In this document: piece after piece, positions 17,867 through 27,829 of the stretch | Layout of the letters: each line of letters opens with the position of its first letter | Position numbering within the stretch: position 1 is the stretch's first letter | Origin: Bacteriovoracaceae bacterium | GTDB taxonomy: Bacteria; Bdellovibrionota; Bacteriovoracia; Bacteriovoracales; Bacteriovoracaceae | Assembly: GCA_048267245.1 (NCBI GenBank) | Contig: JBLWXV010000001.1 | Coordinates: forward strand, 195,487 to 259,486 | DNA length: 64,000 nt | Direction of reading: 5' to 3' | Notes under the pieces: generated by a model | Told to the model about the DNA's origin: nothing | Databases searched by the model: none | The model's input: the letters and a program-made list of their open reading frames with translations, nothing else | Position numbers and translations under genes: made by a program

Positions 17867-18684
17867 GCTTGAACTTTACTCCTGCTAAAAAATTTAACTG
17901 TTAAAATTGAAAAGTAGAGAAGGGCCATCAAGGGATAGAGCTTTCCAATGCTCACAATGCCGATGACCGGAAGTAATTCCTCTTTTGACTTTAATGAAAA
18001 TGCACTTAGAACGACGAGGGCAAATGCTGTAATAAAGAGATAAACGCTTCCCTTAACTAAAGATATGAAAATTACTAGTGCACAAAGAGCTCTCAGTAAA
18101 CTTATACGCAACATACTTAAAAGTGAAATAACTGTAATCACCCATACGCTGGTATCTCCAAAGTTTTTAAAACTAATTATATTGCTCATATAAATAGCAA
18201 ATATTCCAAGAAACACCGTTTTATCACGTCCTGAGAAGAGAGCAACAAGAGCGATTGCAATTGAGATGGTGTATCTCAAGACTATTGGTGCCGAGCCAAG
18301 AGCGAGTTCAACTCCAAGGCTGTAATTAAGTGACTCAAGAACGCAACAAAGTAATAGTAAACCAATAGACCATAATGCCTCAGTGCGCTCAAAGAGAAAC
18401 TTGGAAAAAATAATCCCCGCCAGTGATAGGTTTATTCCAATAACGGGAGTGAGCATGGCAAAGAGATATGAAAGAGCGAGGACTACTTTGTCATTTCGAT
18501 CTTTAAGTACATGAGAACTCATCAAGACAAGAATCGAAATAGCAACTTCAGCATCGACTGACAGTGGTCGAGATTTAAATAGCCCAAACCAGCTGACTTT
18601 TAGGCAAATATAAACAACGACAGCAATAATCACAGCGATATTATCAAACAACCAATTTTTAAGGTTTTGTGGAGTCAACTTCAT
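17842..18684 (-). CDS. orphan polytopic membrane protein 6
   Basis: 280 aa and hydrophobic throughout. An ATGA start/stop overlap joins it to the preceding gene. The local string INLSLAGIIFSKFLF weakly recalls the LSLAGIPP.GF.SKF motif of antiporter-like Nuo subunits. Confidence 0.6.
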   Translation of the reverse strand: MKLTPQNLKNWLFDNIAVIIAVVVYICLKVSWFGLFKSRPLSVDAEVAISILVLMSSHVLKDRNDKVVLALSYLFAMLTPVIGINLSLAGIIFSKFLFERTEALWSIGLLLLCCVLESLNYSLGVELALGSAPIVLRYTISIAIALVALFSGRDKTVFLGIFAIYMSNIISFKNFGDTSVWVITVISLLSMLRISLLRALCALVIFISLVKGSVYLFITAFALVVLSAFSLKSKEELLPVIGIVSIGKLYPLMALLYFSILTVKFFSRSKVQAWLMKHHS

Positions 18685-19943
18685 ACATGCATCTCCTTTA
18701 AAAGAAGGACAATTGAAGTGATGATGACCAGAAAGAGAAATATTAAATAAGGAAATGATGTTTGACGACTAAGCCAACTTACATCGACTAATTCTTTCCA
18801 ATGTTTCTGTGACTCTGCTCTTTGTGCAGGTTCGATATTACTTTCTAGCCGTGCGGCCATTTTTCCATTTTTAAGAAACGAAGCGAGCAGTTCGCTGTGA
18901 ATGGCAATTAGCATTGGATTCTTTAGCCACAGCCTCATTGCTCCATAAATCATCCCAACAAAGCTAAGCACGATAGCACAAACTACGAATGATGTGGCCA
19001 GTGCCAAATCTCTATAATTTAGAACAATTAATATATTTCCAATAACCGATATACCAAAGAGGCTTGAGAACCCAAGAAATAGATCGCGCTCGTTTAATTG
19101 ACCAGAGTCTACCTGCTCATCAGATATAACTAGACCCTCGGCCAGTATTGAAAAAAGAGCAAATGTTAAAGACCAGGTAATTGCCGCCAGAGGCAAGTAA
19201 AAGCCGAGTCTCATCTCATATACATTTCCCATCAGAAGAATTGGTCCAAAAGTGAGGGCGAAGATTGATGCGAAGAAGACTTTAGGGCTTTGATAGAACA
19301 GACTTCTAAGTTTTAGAGGTGAAGGAAGTAACTCAGTCCTAGAAACCATACACTCTTGAAAGAGCAACAGCGATAAAACAACGGCCATTAATGTCAAAGA
19401 GAGGGGGCTACTCTCACTTAAGAGAAGCATCATTGAGAGACAGCTGCTCATAACTTTAATAGATGACTTAAGATTATGTGCCCAAAAAAGTAGCCTCAGA
19501 GAATAGATAATTGCAACATATTCTCCAACATACTGAATGCCTGGACCACTGATAGTGCCCTTGGAAAAATAAAGAAAACCCAGGGAAAGCGAGAAGTTTA
19601 AATGACCTTCTCTATCTGGTTCAGAGAGATATTCCTCGAGAACACTGATAACAAGAGCAAAGTATGCAAAAGGTCTTAATTGCGGTGGCAGCAGCATCGT
19701 AGCGCCCAAAAGAAGCAAGGAAAGAGGCTTAATGTTTTTTGACAACACTATTGCTGCAATAATTAATATTATCGAGTGAGAGATAATTTCGATAAATTCC
19801 GCCGCAAAAGGAAGTCCCAAAAGAGCAAGAGCTCTATAATCTTTTGTTCGCACTGACAAAGCGAGAAAGAGTGCGGCCACAATAAGGTAACCTAGGATTA
19901 CAGCCTTATCCATCTGTGCCAGACTACTCATCATCATGACCAA
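18681..19943 (-). CDS. orphan polytopic membrane protein 5
   Basis: 420 aa with many hydrophobic helices. It overlaps the upstream gene by 8-20 nt, depending on which of the MVMMM Met codons is used. Confidence 0.6.
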   Translation of the reverse strand: MVMMMSSLAQMDKAVILGYLIVAALFLALSVRTKDYRALALLGLPFAAEFIEIISHSIILIIAAIVLSKNIKPLSLLLLGATMLLPPQLRPFAYFALVISVLEEYLSEPDREGHLNFSLSLGFLYFSKGTISGPGIQYVGEYVAIIYSLRLLFWAHNLKSSIKVMSSCLSMMLLLSESSPLSLTLMAVVLSLLLFQECMVSRTELLPSPLKLRSLFYQSPKVFFASIFALTFGPILLMGNVYEMRLGFYLPLAAITWSLTFALFSILAEGLVISDEQVDSGQLNERDLFLGFSSLFGISVIGNILIVLNYRDLALATSFVVCAIVLSFVGMIYGAMRLWLKNPMLIAIHSELLASFLKNGKMAARLESNIEPAQRAESQKHWKELVDVSWLSRQTSFPYLIFLFLVIITSIVLLLKEMHV

Positions 19944-20169
19944 AGTCCTTAAAATGAGTCACAACGTAAGCGATTAACCAGATTAGGTAGATGAAAATGA
20001 CTTCGTATCCACTGACACTTGAATCTGGTCGATAAAAATAAGTTCTCATTAAAAGAAATAGAGATGAGAGGCAAAGAGCTATCGCCATGACTCTATTTTG
20101 AAGATCATTTGACTTATACCACTTCACTAATGCTATTAAAGCAGCTCCAAGCAAGATGAATGTATTCAT
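19924..20169 (-). CDS. orphan small membrane protein 4
   Basis: 81 aa with about 2-3 hydrophobic helices. An ATGA overlap joins it to the preceding gene. Confidence 0.5.
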   Translation of the reverse strand: MNTFILLGAALIALVKWYKSNDLQNRVMAIALCLSSLFLLMRTYFYRPDSSVSGYEVIFIYLIWLIAYVVTHFKDFGHDDE

Positions 20170-20582
20170 TTGCGCCTCAGCTTTGGAAGAATTCCGAGAA
20201 TTGCCCCTAGGAAAACGACACTAATGAGCCACAAGTCTTCTGTAGTTGATTTTTGATTGGTCTGGCTCACAACTGCTCTAAGCGTCGAGCTCGAATTTAA
20301 TACGTAGAATCCAGAAACGATAAGAATCAATGAAGTATAGAGGATAAAGTCGGTTGAGCGTGCACTTGGCAAGCGAGTTAAATCCTTCTTCTTAGTTCCA
20401 AGAACAATAATGGCCGGAACGATAAAAAAAGCAATTAAGTAGACGAGGTTAAGCTCAATTCCCATCTGGCTTGGTACTAAGCATAGTAACTGTAGCATCA
20501 AGAGCAAAACTAGGTTTTGACCAGGCTTTTCTATGGCAATAAACATTGAACCAATGATTGTTAGCAAGGCAAGTTCAATCAA
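20166..20582 (-). CDS. orphan membrane protein 3
   Basis: The track ORF is 20166..20660. I prefer the TTG at 20582-20580, which forms a TTGA start/stop overlap with the upstream gene stop (20581-20579). This gives about 138 aa of hydrophobic helices. Confidence 0.5.
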   Translation of the reverse strand: MIELALLTIIGSMFIAIEKPGQNLVLLLMLQLLCLVPSQMGIELNLVYLIAFFIVPAIIVLGTKKKDLTRLPSARSTDFILYTSLILIVSGFYVLNSSSTLRAVVSQTNQKSTTEDLWLISVVFLGAILGILPKLRRK

Positions 20583-21382
20583 AATCGCCCCCCAGTCACA
20601 ACGAAAATTCCCATTGATACGATGAATGCAACAATTGAAGTTGGTACAAATCTCGTCCAAATTGCCTTTTCAATTATCTCTTCACTCAGTGGAAAGAATA
20701 CCTTTGAAAATAATGACATCACTTTTTTTGCCACAAATAGATAGATGATTAAGTAGGCACCTGCACCTATCGTTTGAAGAATATCATTATAAATTGAGTC
20801 CATATTGAATACCCCGATCGCAGGTATTCCCCCAAGAAAGTAGAATAGTCCAAGTAGAAGGGCCGTATTAAGATGAAATTCAGAGCTAAGCTGGTATGGA
20901 AGTAGCCCATTCATATGCTTTTTGAGCTGGATATTTTTATACTTAATAAAACAAAGCCAATAAAAAAGAATGGCATTTACTGGATCATAGACTAGCCCAA
21001 CGCGAGGTATGCCTAGACTAGAGAGATTGGCTTGTCTCGATGTAATTTCGGCCAAGTTAAAGGTGCCGTAGCGAACAAGGGCCGACATTAAGGTTAGGGG
21101 AAGGACAATATCCATAACCATATTTACTCGGCTTCTCTCTAGTTTTTGCGACGTCATGGTTTGAAGATAGAAAATTACCAAGAGAATAAGCAGTGTACCC
21201 GTTTCTCTGTAATTTCCACTCACAACATCAATATAGCCAAAGGGAAGCGTATTTAAACTTAGGTAGAAAAGAAGAAAACTAAGAGTAAGAAGTAGATGTC
21301 CACTTCTATGAACTCCCTTTGACCAAAAAAAGGAGATCCAACCAGTGGTAAGGGCCTTTAATACAAATGCGACAGCACTCAT
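20579..21382 (-). CDS. orphan polytopic membrane protein 2
   Basis: 267 aa and hydrophobic. It starts 1 nt after the stop of the preceding ORF. Confidence 0.6.
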   Translation of the reverse strand: MSAVAFVLKALTTGWISFFWSKGVHRSGHLLLTLSFLLFYLSLNTLPFGYIDVVSGNYRETGTLLILLVIFYLQTMTSQKLERSRVNMVMDIVLPLTLMSALVRYGTFNLAEITSRQANLSSLGIPRVGLVYDPVNAILFYWLCFIKYKNIQLKKHMNGLLPYQLSSEFHLNTALLLGLFYFLGGIPAIGVFNMDSIYNDILQTIGAGAYLIIYLFVAKKVMSLFSKVFFPLSEEIIEKAIWTRFVPTSIVAFIVSMGIFVVTGGRF

Positions 21383-21383
21383 C

Positions 21384-21734
21384 TTATCTGCCCCCTTTAC
21401 TTGTTTCGTAAATATGGGAGATCAATAATATTGCTGTAGGAGAGAGCAACAAGAGCACAGGAAGTGTCTGCTCCATAGTTGGTGTTCTCTCGTTTCTAAA
21501 TAGAAGAAAGAGAACAAAAACTAAAAGTATAAGAAAGATGACCATCGAGATCAGCAGTTGCATCGGGACGCTTCTTCCATAGGAGTGGAGGAAAGCCGTC
21601 ATCTTCACATTAGATTTGAATCTTCTAGATCTATAAAGATAGAGCAAAGACGAAAGGACACCTACAAGAAGATAGGTGCCCCATTCGATGAAAACTATAT
21701 TATTGAATAAAGAGAGCTGCTCCACTGGCGGCAA
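21384..21734 (-). CDS. orphan membrane protein 1, overlapping the 3' end of nuoN
   Basis: 116 aa with about 3 hydrophobic helices. The only ATG/GTG starts (21734 and 21725) lie inside the last 35 nt of nuoN. Confidence 0.5.
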   Translation of the reverse strand: MPPVEQLSLFNNIVFIEWGTYLLVGVLSSLLYLYRSRRFKSNVKMTAFLHSYGRSVPMQLLISMVIFLILLVFVLFLLFRNERTPTMEQTLPVLLLLSPTAILLISHIYETSKGGR

Positions 21735-23166
21735 CCATGAGCTTTTGCCAGAATATACCTAGCACTATTACAGGGACAGTCATCACTAGAATTAATGACT
21801 GATTTCTAAAACCAAATCCTTCGATTTTCTCCTCTGATTCACTTTGCTTAAAGACCATGAGTCTCACAATTTTCAGGTAGTAGTAAGCAGAGATCACTGA
21901 GTTTAGAACAGCAATAATTGCTAGAGCGTAGTACTTTTGCTCCACAAGTGCGTAGAGAATGTTGAATTTAGCAACAAATCCAGCAAGTGGTGGAACACCA
22001 GTTAGTGAGAACATAACAACGATCATCACGATGGCCATCATTGGATAGCGAGTAGAGAGACCGTTAAATCTCTCAAAGTGATCATTGCCGTACTTATCTT
22101 GAACAAATGAAACCACATAGAAAGCAACAAGTGTCATAAAGAGGTAAGTAACGCCGTAGAAGACGATGGCGCGTACACCGATGGCATTGAGCACAACCAC
22201 ACCCATCATCATCACACCAGCGTGAGAGATCGATGAGTAAGCGAGCATTCTTTTAACTGAGCGCTGTCCTAGTGCTGATACGTTTCCAACAGTCATCGTA
22301 AGAGCACCGGCAATACTAAGAAGGCCAATCCAACTATCTTGAAGAACGCCCTCGGCACCAAATAGCACCATCGAGACGCGAACAAGGGCTGCCATACCGG
22401 CCATTTTTGGAACAATACTAAAGAATGTTGTAACTGGAAGCGGACTTCCTTCATACACATCTGGTGACCACATGTGAAAAGGTACACAAGCAATCTTATA
22501 ACCTAGACCTACAAAGAAGAGGACAAAGGCAGGGATCAAAATGGCAACTTGAGTTGTTCCAACTGTCGCAAGCACGCTCACCATATCAGAAAAATTGATT
22601 GTCCCAAGAATTCCAAAGAGATGACTCATTCCAAAGAGCATGAAAGCTGAAGAGACACCGCCGTAAAGAACATACTTAAGACCGGCTTCACTTGAGCGAT
22701 CGTCATTCTTCTTTAAGCTCGCAAGAACATAAGAGAGAATCGAAAGTGTTTCAATGCCGATGTAGAGCATAAGTAGGTTATTGGCCGAAGCTAGGATCAT
22801 GCCGCCGATGAGTACGCCGACAGCAATGATTGCGAATTCGCCCTTCACACTACCTTGGATATCATCTGAAACACTTGCGAGGTAAACCGCACCAGCAGTT
22901 CCGAGCACCATAATGATCTTAATCATCGCAGAGAATGGATCAATGACCATACTTCTTGTGAAGATCAGCTCAGGAGCGTGAGAAAAAGACGAAACCAGAG
23001 CACAAAAGCTAAAGATCAAACCGATAAAAGCAGTTGTGTAGAGGAGAGGTTTTTTCTTCTCGCCCTCATCGTAGGTTACTTCCACCAGAATGAGGCCCAT
23101 CATGGTCATGCACATGATGAGCTCCGGGATGTATCTACCAATATTCGCTAAATAATTCAGTCCCAT
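21700..23166 (-). CDS. nuoN: NADH-quinone oxidoreductase subunit N (ND2-like antiporter subunit)
   Basis: 488 aa. The conserved stretches are FHMWSPDVYEGSPLPVT, KRMLAYSSISHAG and FSLTGVPPLAGFVAKF. Confidence 0.9.
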   Translation of the reverse strand: MGLNYLANIGRYIPELIMCMTMMGLILVEVTYDEGEKKKPLLYTTAFIGLIFSFCALVSSFSHAPELIFTRSMVIDPFSAMIKIIMVLGTAGAVYLASVSDDIQGSVKGEFAIIAVGVLIGGMILASANNLLMLYIGIETLSILSYVLASLKKNDDRSSEAGLKYVLYGGVSSAFMLFGMSHLFGILGTINFSDMVSVLATVGTTQVAILIPAFVLFFVGLGYKIACVPFHMWSPDVYEGSPLPVTTFFSIVPKMAGMAALVRVSMVLFGAEGVLQDSWIGLLSIAGALTMTVGNVSALGQRSVKRMLAYSSISHAGVMMMGVVVLNAIGVRAIVFYGVTYLFMTLVAFYVVSFVQDKYGNDHFERFNGLSTRYPMMAIVMIVVMFSLTGVPPLAGFVAKFNILYALVEQKYYALAIIAVLNSVISAYYYLKIVRLMVFKQSESEEKIEGFGFRNQSLILVMTVPVIVLGIFWQKLMVAASGAALFIQ

Positions 23167-23184
23167 TGTTCTACCTATTTATTC

Positions 23185-24723
23185 TTATTGATACTGGGCA
23201 AGCATTGAAACGAGGTTACCAACAGATGCCTTCATCATATTAAGTAGTGGAGAGGGGTAAATCCCAAAGAGGATTACCGCAATACACAGAGGAATCATGT
23301 AAGCAATTTCTCTCGCGTTCATATCCGTGTACGACTTACATTCTTCGTTAACATCTCCAAAGAACATTCTCTTGAACATCCAAAGAAGGTAAGCGGCACC
23401 AAGAAGAAGACCAATGAGTGCAAGAACAGTAATTGTTGTAAATCGCTCGTAGATCCCAAGGAAAATAAGAGCTTCAGAAATGAAGCCTGAAAGTCCTGGA
23501 AGACCCATTGAAGCGAACATCGCGATAATGAAGACGATTGAGTAGCGTGGAAGCTGAGTATAGAGACCACCGAAACCGCGAGTACCGTCTGGACGAACGA
23601 TCCATCTGTGGTGTGAACGCTCGTAGAGGATACCAATCATAAGGAACATCATCGCTGTTGAAGTTCCGTGGTTGAACATCTGAAGAACAGCACCGTTCAT
23701 ACCTTGAACTGTCATCGAAGCAAGACCAAGCATTACAAAGCCCATGTGAGATACTGAAGAGTAAGCCACAAGTCGCTTCACGTCTGTTTGGGCCATAGCG
23801 CAGAAGGCACCGTAGATCACGTTGATGAGACCCAACCATGCAATACAATCAGAGAAATAAACTGAAGCTTGCGGGAAGATTGGGAAAGCAATTCTTAGAA
23901 ATCCGTAAGTACCCATTTTAAGAAGAACGCCGGCGAGGATTACAGACACGGCAGTTGGTGCTTGAACGTGCGCGTGTGGAAGCCAAGTGTGGAATGGGAA
24001 CACCGGTACTTTAATGGCAAAACCAATAAAGAGGAAAATAAAGAAGAACTTATCAAATGGAAGACTCATTCCAAAGATCTCAAGGTTTGGAACCTGTGAG
24101 AAGTTCATCTTGGCCAGAGCGAGAAGATCAAATGACTCAGCCCCTTGGTTAGTTGCGTAGTAGAGTGCAACCATCCCCACAAGCATGAGGACTGAACCAA
24201 AGAATGTGTAGAGGAAGAATTTAACCGCTGCGTATTCTTTGTTCTCGCCACCCCAAATTCCCACGAGGAAGAACATTGGAATAAGCATAACTTCCCAGAA
24301 GACGTAGAAGAGGAAGAAGTCTAGCGAGAGAAACACACCAAATACCGAAGTTTGGAGCATGAGAAGAAGTGCGAAGTAAGCCTTCACTTTCTTTTCAATT
24401 GTCCATGAACTCAGGATACAGATGAAGAAGATCAGCGCTGTAAGAAGAATCATTGGAAGAGAGATACCATCTACACCAAGTGTGTAGTTGATATTGAAGG
24501 ACTCAATCCAAGGAACCTTAATATTAAAGGTTGGCTGCATACCGGCAACTGTCTGGTCAAACTTCATATAAAGGATGGCCGACAACACGAGCGTAATAGT
24601 CGTGGTTGCTAGCGAAGCCCATCTAATGAGGTTAGCTTTCGCATTTGGTAAGAGCGCCACGACCAGAAATCCGATCATAGGCATCCATAGAATCCAGTTT
24701 AACAAATTTGATGAGCCGTGCAC
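23185..24723 (-). CDS. nuoM: NADH-quinone oxidoreductase subunit M (ND4-like)
   Basis: 512 aa. The conserved stretches are FPFHTWLPHAHVQAPTAVSVILAGVLLKMG and KRLVAYSSVSHMGF. Confidence 0.92.
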   Translation of the reverse strand: MHGSSNLLNWILWMPMIGFLVVALLPNAKANLIRWASLATTTITLVLSAILYMKFDQTVAGMQPTFNIKVPWIESFNINYTLGVDGISLPMILLTALIFFICILSSWTIEKKVKAYFALLLMLQTSVFGVFLSLDFFLFYVFWEVMLIPMFFLVGIWGGENKEYAAVKFFLYTFFGSVLMLVGMVALYYATNQGAESFDLLALAKMNFSQVPNLEIFGMSLPFDKFFFIFLFIGFAIKVPVFPFHTWLPHAHVQAPTAVSVILAGVLLKMGTYGFLRIAFPIFPQASVYFSDCIAWLGLINVIYGAFCAMAQTDVKRLVAYSSVSHMGFVMLGLASMTVQGMNGAVLQMFNHGTSTAMMFLMIGILYERSHHRWIVRPDGTRGFGGLYTQLPRYSIVFIIAMFASMGLPGLSGFISEALIFLGIYERFTTITVLALIGLLLGAAYLLWMFKRMFFGDVNEECKSYTDMNAREIAYMIPLCIAVILFGIYPSPLLNMMKASVGNLVSMLAQYQ

Positions 24724-24779
24724 CGGTCAACTCCTTCTCAAATAGACTTAACTTTTGAAACAATAACCAATATTTCTTC

Positions 24780-26957
24780 TTATATACTTAATTTCCAAAC
24801 ATACCCTACGAGCACCACAATGAGCACGAAGAAGTAGAATTGAACCTTTCCACTCTGAATCGTGCGCAGGATGACGTTAAAGAGGCGAATTGAAGCCCCA
24901 GTTCCGTCAACAGCAACCGTATCTACCCACAAGCGATCAAACCAGTTGGCAAATTTAAAGAGAACTCTGTTCACTTTTTCCCAACCATCGACGAAGTAGC
25001 GATCATAAACTCCCAAGTCAAACCAAGCGCTGGCGCGGTTTGAAGGAAGAAGAATCTTTCCAATCAGACCTTTAATATAAAGATCATCAAAGTAGTAGCG
25101 ATTTTGAAGTGCCTTATACCAGCGGTGGAATGTTGAAACCCACCAACCTGGATTGAGGGCACCACTGATATACATCAAGAAGGCAATGAAAACACCAAGG
25201 GCCGCAATGATAATTGAAACCACAGCGCCAATATGGTGAACGTGGTGAACAAAGTGGGCTTCCTCTTCATTCATGCCATGATCTGGATCGTACTTAGAGC
25301 GCTCCAATGTAGTCTTTGGTGCGGAGTCATTGAATCCAAAATCAGATCTTGTGTACTCGCCAAATTTTTCAAGGTGCACTGGCTTTTCAATAAGAGTGGC
25401 AAACCACTCTTTCTTCTCTCCAAATACTGTCACAATTTTTTGACCAGTAAGTGATCCAGAGAACCAGATACCAAGCGTAAATACCGCGAGGATAAGAAGT
25501 GGAACGTTTTGATTCCAGCTTAGGTGTTCTTTATGAGCGTGATCGTAGAGTTCCTTGTCGCGTGGTTCACCAAAGAACGTAAGGAACATCATTCTAAACA
25601 TGTAGAATGCTGTGAGGAAAGCGCCGGCAAAACCAAGAATTGTTGGAATCCACCAGAATCCACCTTTACCCATGGCCAGCACGAGAGCATCGCCAAGAAT
25701 TCTATCTTTAGAAACGAATCCAGAGAAGAATGGGATACCAGCAATGGCGAGCGTACAGCACAGCATCGCAAGATATGTGAATGGAAGCTTGTGACGAAGA
25801 CCACCCATTCTCGGCATTTCCTGCACGTGAGAGTGAGTGTGGTGATCGTGAAGTGAGTGAATCACTGAGCCAGCAGCAAGGAAGAGACACGCCTTAAAGA
25901 CAGCGTGAGTAATAAGGTGCATGAAGCTCGCGTTATACGCGCCAACACCAATACCAAGAACCATGTAACCAAGCTGAGAGATTGTAGAATAAGCAAGAAC
26001 CGCTTTAATGTCTGTTTGAACGAGAGCGATCGTCGCAGCACCAAATGCCGTGATCCCACCGATAACCGCAATCATCGGAAGAATGCCGGCAGCTTCCATA
26101 AGTGGGAAACATCTTAGCGAGAGATAAACTCCGGCAGCAACCATGGTCGCAGCGTGAATGAGGGCCGAACATGGAGTTGGTCCTTGCATCGCATCTGGTA
26201 GCCATACTTGAAGTGGGAACTGAGCGGATTTACCAATCGTACCCATAAAGATTGAGATGGCAGCAACTGTAATGAGTGGGAAGCCAATAGCGTAGAGCCC
26301 ATCAAATGACCCAGCTCCAAGTGCTTTATAAATATCAACAAAAGTTACGTTACCAACGACAGACCAGATTGCGACAATACCAAGGAGGAAGAAAACGTCT
26401 CCCACACGTGTTGTCATGAAGGCCTTAATAGAGGCGTTACCCGCAGCTTCCTTCTCATAGTAGAAGCCAATGAGCGAGTATGAGCAAAAGCCCATGAGTT
26501 CCCAGAAGATAAACACTGAAAGGAGGTTATCTGAGAGCACAAGGCCTAGCATCGCTGAAGTAAAGAGCGACATATACACAAAGAAGCGACCGTAGCGGGC
26601 ATCGTCGTGCATGTAGAAAGTAGAGAAGATGTGAATAAGTGTGGCCACACCAGTCACCATGAGAAGCATTACAGCTGTCATGTTGTCGATGTAGATACCC
26701 ATATCTACAGCAAAATTTTGTCCACCGGCCGTTAGGTCAAACCATGTGAATGTTTTGTGAATGTGGTAATCGGCGGCGTACTTACCAAAGACGAAATCAC
26801 CAAAGATTCTAGCTGCCCACAAGAATGAGGCAAAAATAGAAGCACAGCTAATAGTCACTGCGAGATTGGTGAACTTTTTCACGATAAACGAGTTGATTAC
26901 AAACGCGAAAAACGGAAAAAGAACAATCGGGGCTACGCTAAGAATTGTATAATCCAT
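24780..26957 (-). CDS. nuoL: NADH-quinone oxidoreductase subunit L (ND5-like)
   Basis: 725 aa. The conserved stretches are KSAQFPLQVWLPDAMQGPTPCSALIHAATMVAAGVY and KAVLAYSTISQLGYM. It has a long C-terminal extension consistent with the lateral helix. Confidence 0.92.
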   Translation of the reverse strand: MDYTILSVAPIVLFPFFAFVINSFIVKKFTNLAVTISCASIFASFLWAARIFGDFVFGKYAADYHIHKTFTWFDLTAGGQNFAVDMGIYIDNMTAVMLLMVTGVATLIHIFSTFYMHDDARYGRFFVYMSLFTSAMLGLVLSDNLLSVFIFWELMGFCSYSLIGFYYEKEAAGNASIKAFMTTRVGDVFFLLGIVAIWSVVGNVTFVDIYKALGAGSFDGLYAIGFPLITVAAISIFMGTIGKSAQFPLQVWLPDAMQGPTPCSALIHAATMVAAGVYLSLRCFPLMEAAGILPMIAVIGGITAFGAATIALVQTDIKAVLAYSTISQLGYMVLGIGVGAYNASFMHLITHAVFKACLFLAAGSVIHSLHDHHTHSHVQEMPRMGGLRHKLPFTYLAMLCCTLAIAGIPFFSGFVSKDRILGDALVLAMGKGGFWWIPTILGFAGAFLTAFYMFRMMFLTFFGEPRDKELYDHAHKEHLSWNQNVPLLILAVFTLGIWFSGSLTGQKIVTVFGEKKEWFATLIEKPVHLEKFGEYTRSDFGFNDSAPKTTLERSKYDPDHGMNEEEAHFVHHVHHIGAVVSIIIAALGVFIAFLMYISGALNPGWWVSTFHRWYKALQNRYYFDDLYIKGLIGKILLPSNRASAWFDLGVYDRYFVDGWEKVNRVLFKFANWFDRLWVDTVAVDGTGASIRLFNVILRTIQSGKVQFYFFVLIVVLVGYVWKLSI

Positions 26958-26970
26958 CGTCTATACTTCC

Positions 26971-27276
26971 TTACCTCTGAAGCTGAGTAGCATCATCAAT
27001 GTGGATACTATCTCTAATTTGGAAAAATCTAATCGCAATCGCGAGTCCTACTGCAGCTTCTGCGGCAGCAATAATGATAATAAAGAGGGTCATCAAGTGA
27101 CCGTCTAAATTATTATTCACGTAGCGAGTGTAGGTCACAAAGTTAAGTCCGGCGGCATTCATAATGAGCTCAATACCAAGGAGCATGGCGATGATATTCT
27201 TGCGAACCATCATCACTGCAATACCTGCAACGAACAGAACAAAAGAAATAAAGAGATAAGTAAAAATCGTTGTCAT
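26971..27276 (-). CDS. nuoK: NADH-quinone oxidoreductase subunit K (ND4L-like)
   Basis: 101 aa with three helices. The conserved stretches are NIIAMLLGIELIMNAAGLNFV and AAAEAAVGLAI. Confidence 0.9.
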   Translation of the reverse strand: MTTIFTYLFISFVLFVAGIAVMMVRKNIIAMLLGIELIMNAAGLNFVTYTRYVNNNLDGHLMTLFIIIIAAAEAAVGLAIAIRFFQIRDSIHIDDATQLQR

Positions 27277-27281
27277 GTCTC

Positions 27282-27812
27282 TTAATCCTTACGCGGTCTT
27301 GAAATAACGGCCGCACCAACAAGAGCTCCAAGAAGTAGGATAGAGCTGATTTCGAAGGCAAGGACGTGGTCAGTAATGAGTAGAGTTCCGATCTTTTCAA
27401 CTGTTGCTGTGAACGCAGGAACTTCACCTTGAGTGTAGCCCTTGAGGTATCCAGCAATAATTTTAAGAAGAACGAAGGAAATGACTAGGGCAGTGAAGAT
27501 ACCAAAGACATAAGTCTTTGTGCTTCCCATCCCTGGAACTTTTTCAATTCCAAAGCGATTGGCCTTATTTTCAGTTCCGCCTGTGAGCATGATCGCAAAG
27601 AGCATAAGGATCACAACACCACCAGCATAAACCACTAGCTGAGTTGCTGCTAAGAAGTCAGCTCCTAGAGTAGCGTATAGACCAGCAACACCAAAGAGAC
27701 ATCCCAAGAGATACACACAGGCATGCATGAGATGCTTAGAAAAAACGACTCCTACAGCACCACATATAGTGATGGCAGCAGAGAGAAAAAATAGCGTGTT
27801 ATCAAATAGCAC
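27282..27812 (-). CDS. nuoJ: NADH-quinone oxidoreductase subunit J (ND6-like)
   Basis: 176 aa. LMHACVYLLGCLFGVAGLYATLGADFLAATQLVVYAGGVVILMLFAIML matches the NuoJ pattern. Confidence 0.88.
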   Translation of the reverse strand: MLFDNTLFFLSAAITICGAVGVVFSKHLMHACVYLLGCLFGVAGLYATLGADFLAATQLVVYAGGVVILMLFAIMLTGGTENKANRFGIEKVPGMGSTKTYVFGIFTALVISFVLLKIIAGYLKGYTQGEVPAFTATVEKIGTLLITDHVLAFEISSILLLGALVGAAVISRPRKD

Positions 27813-27829
27813 CTTGAGTCTCCTCTATC

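Noticed and set aside
25233-26341. Cluster of short ORFs on both strands inside nuoL, with similar ones inside nuoM, nuoH, gyrB, uvrA and mfd
   Set aside because: They are shadow ORFs overlapping long, well-supported genes. Their translations have no motifs.
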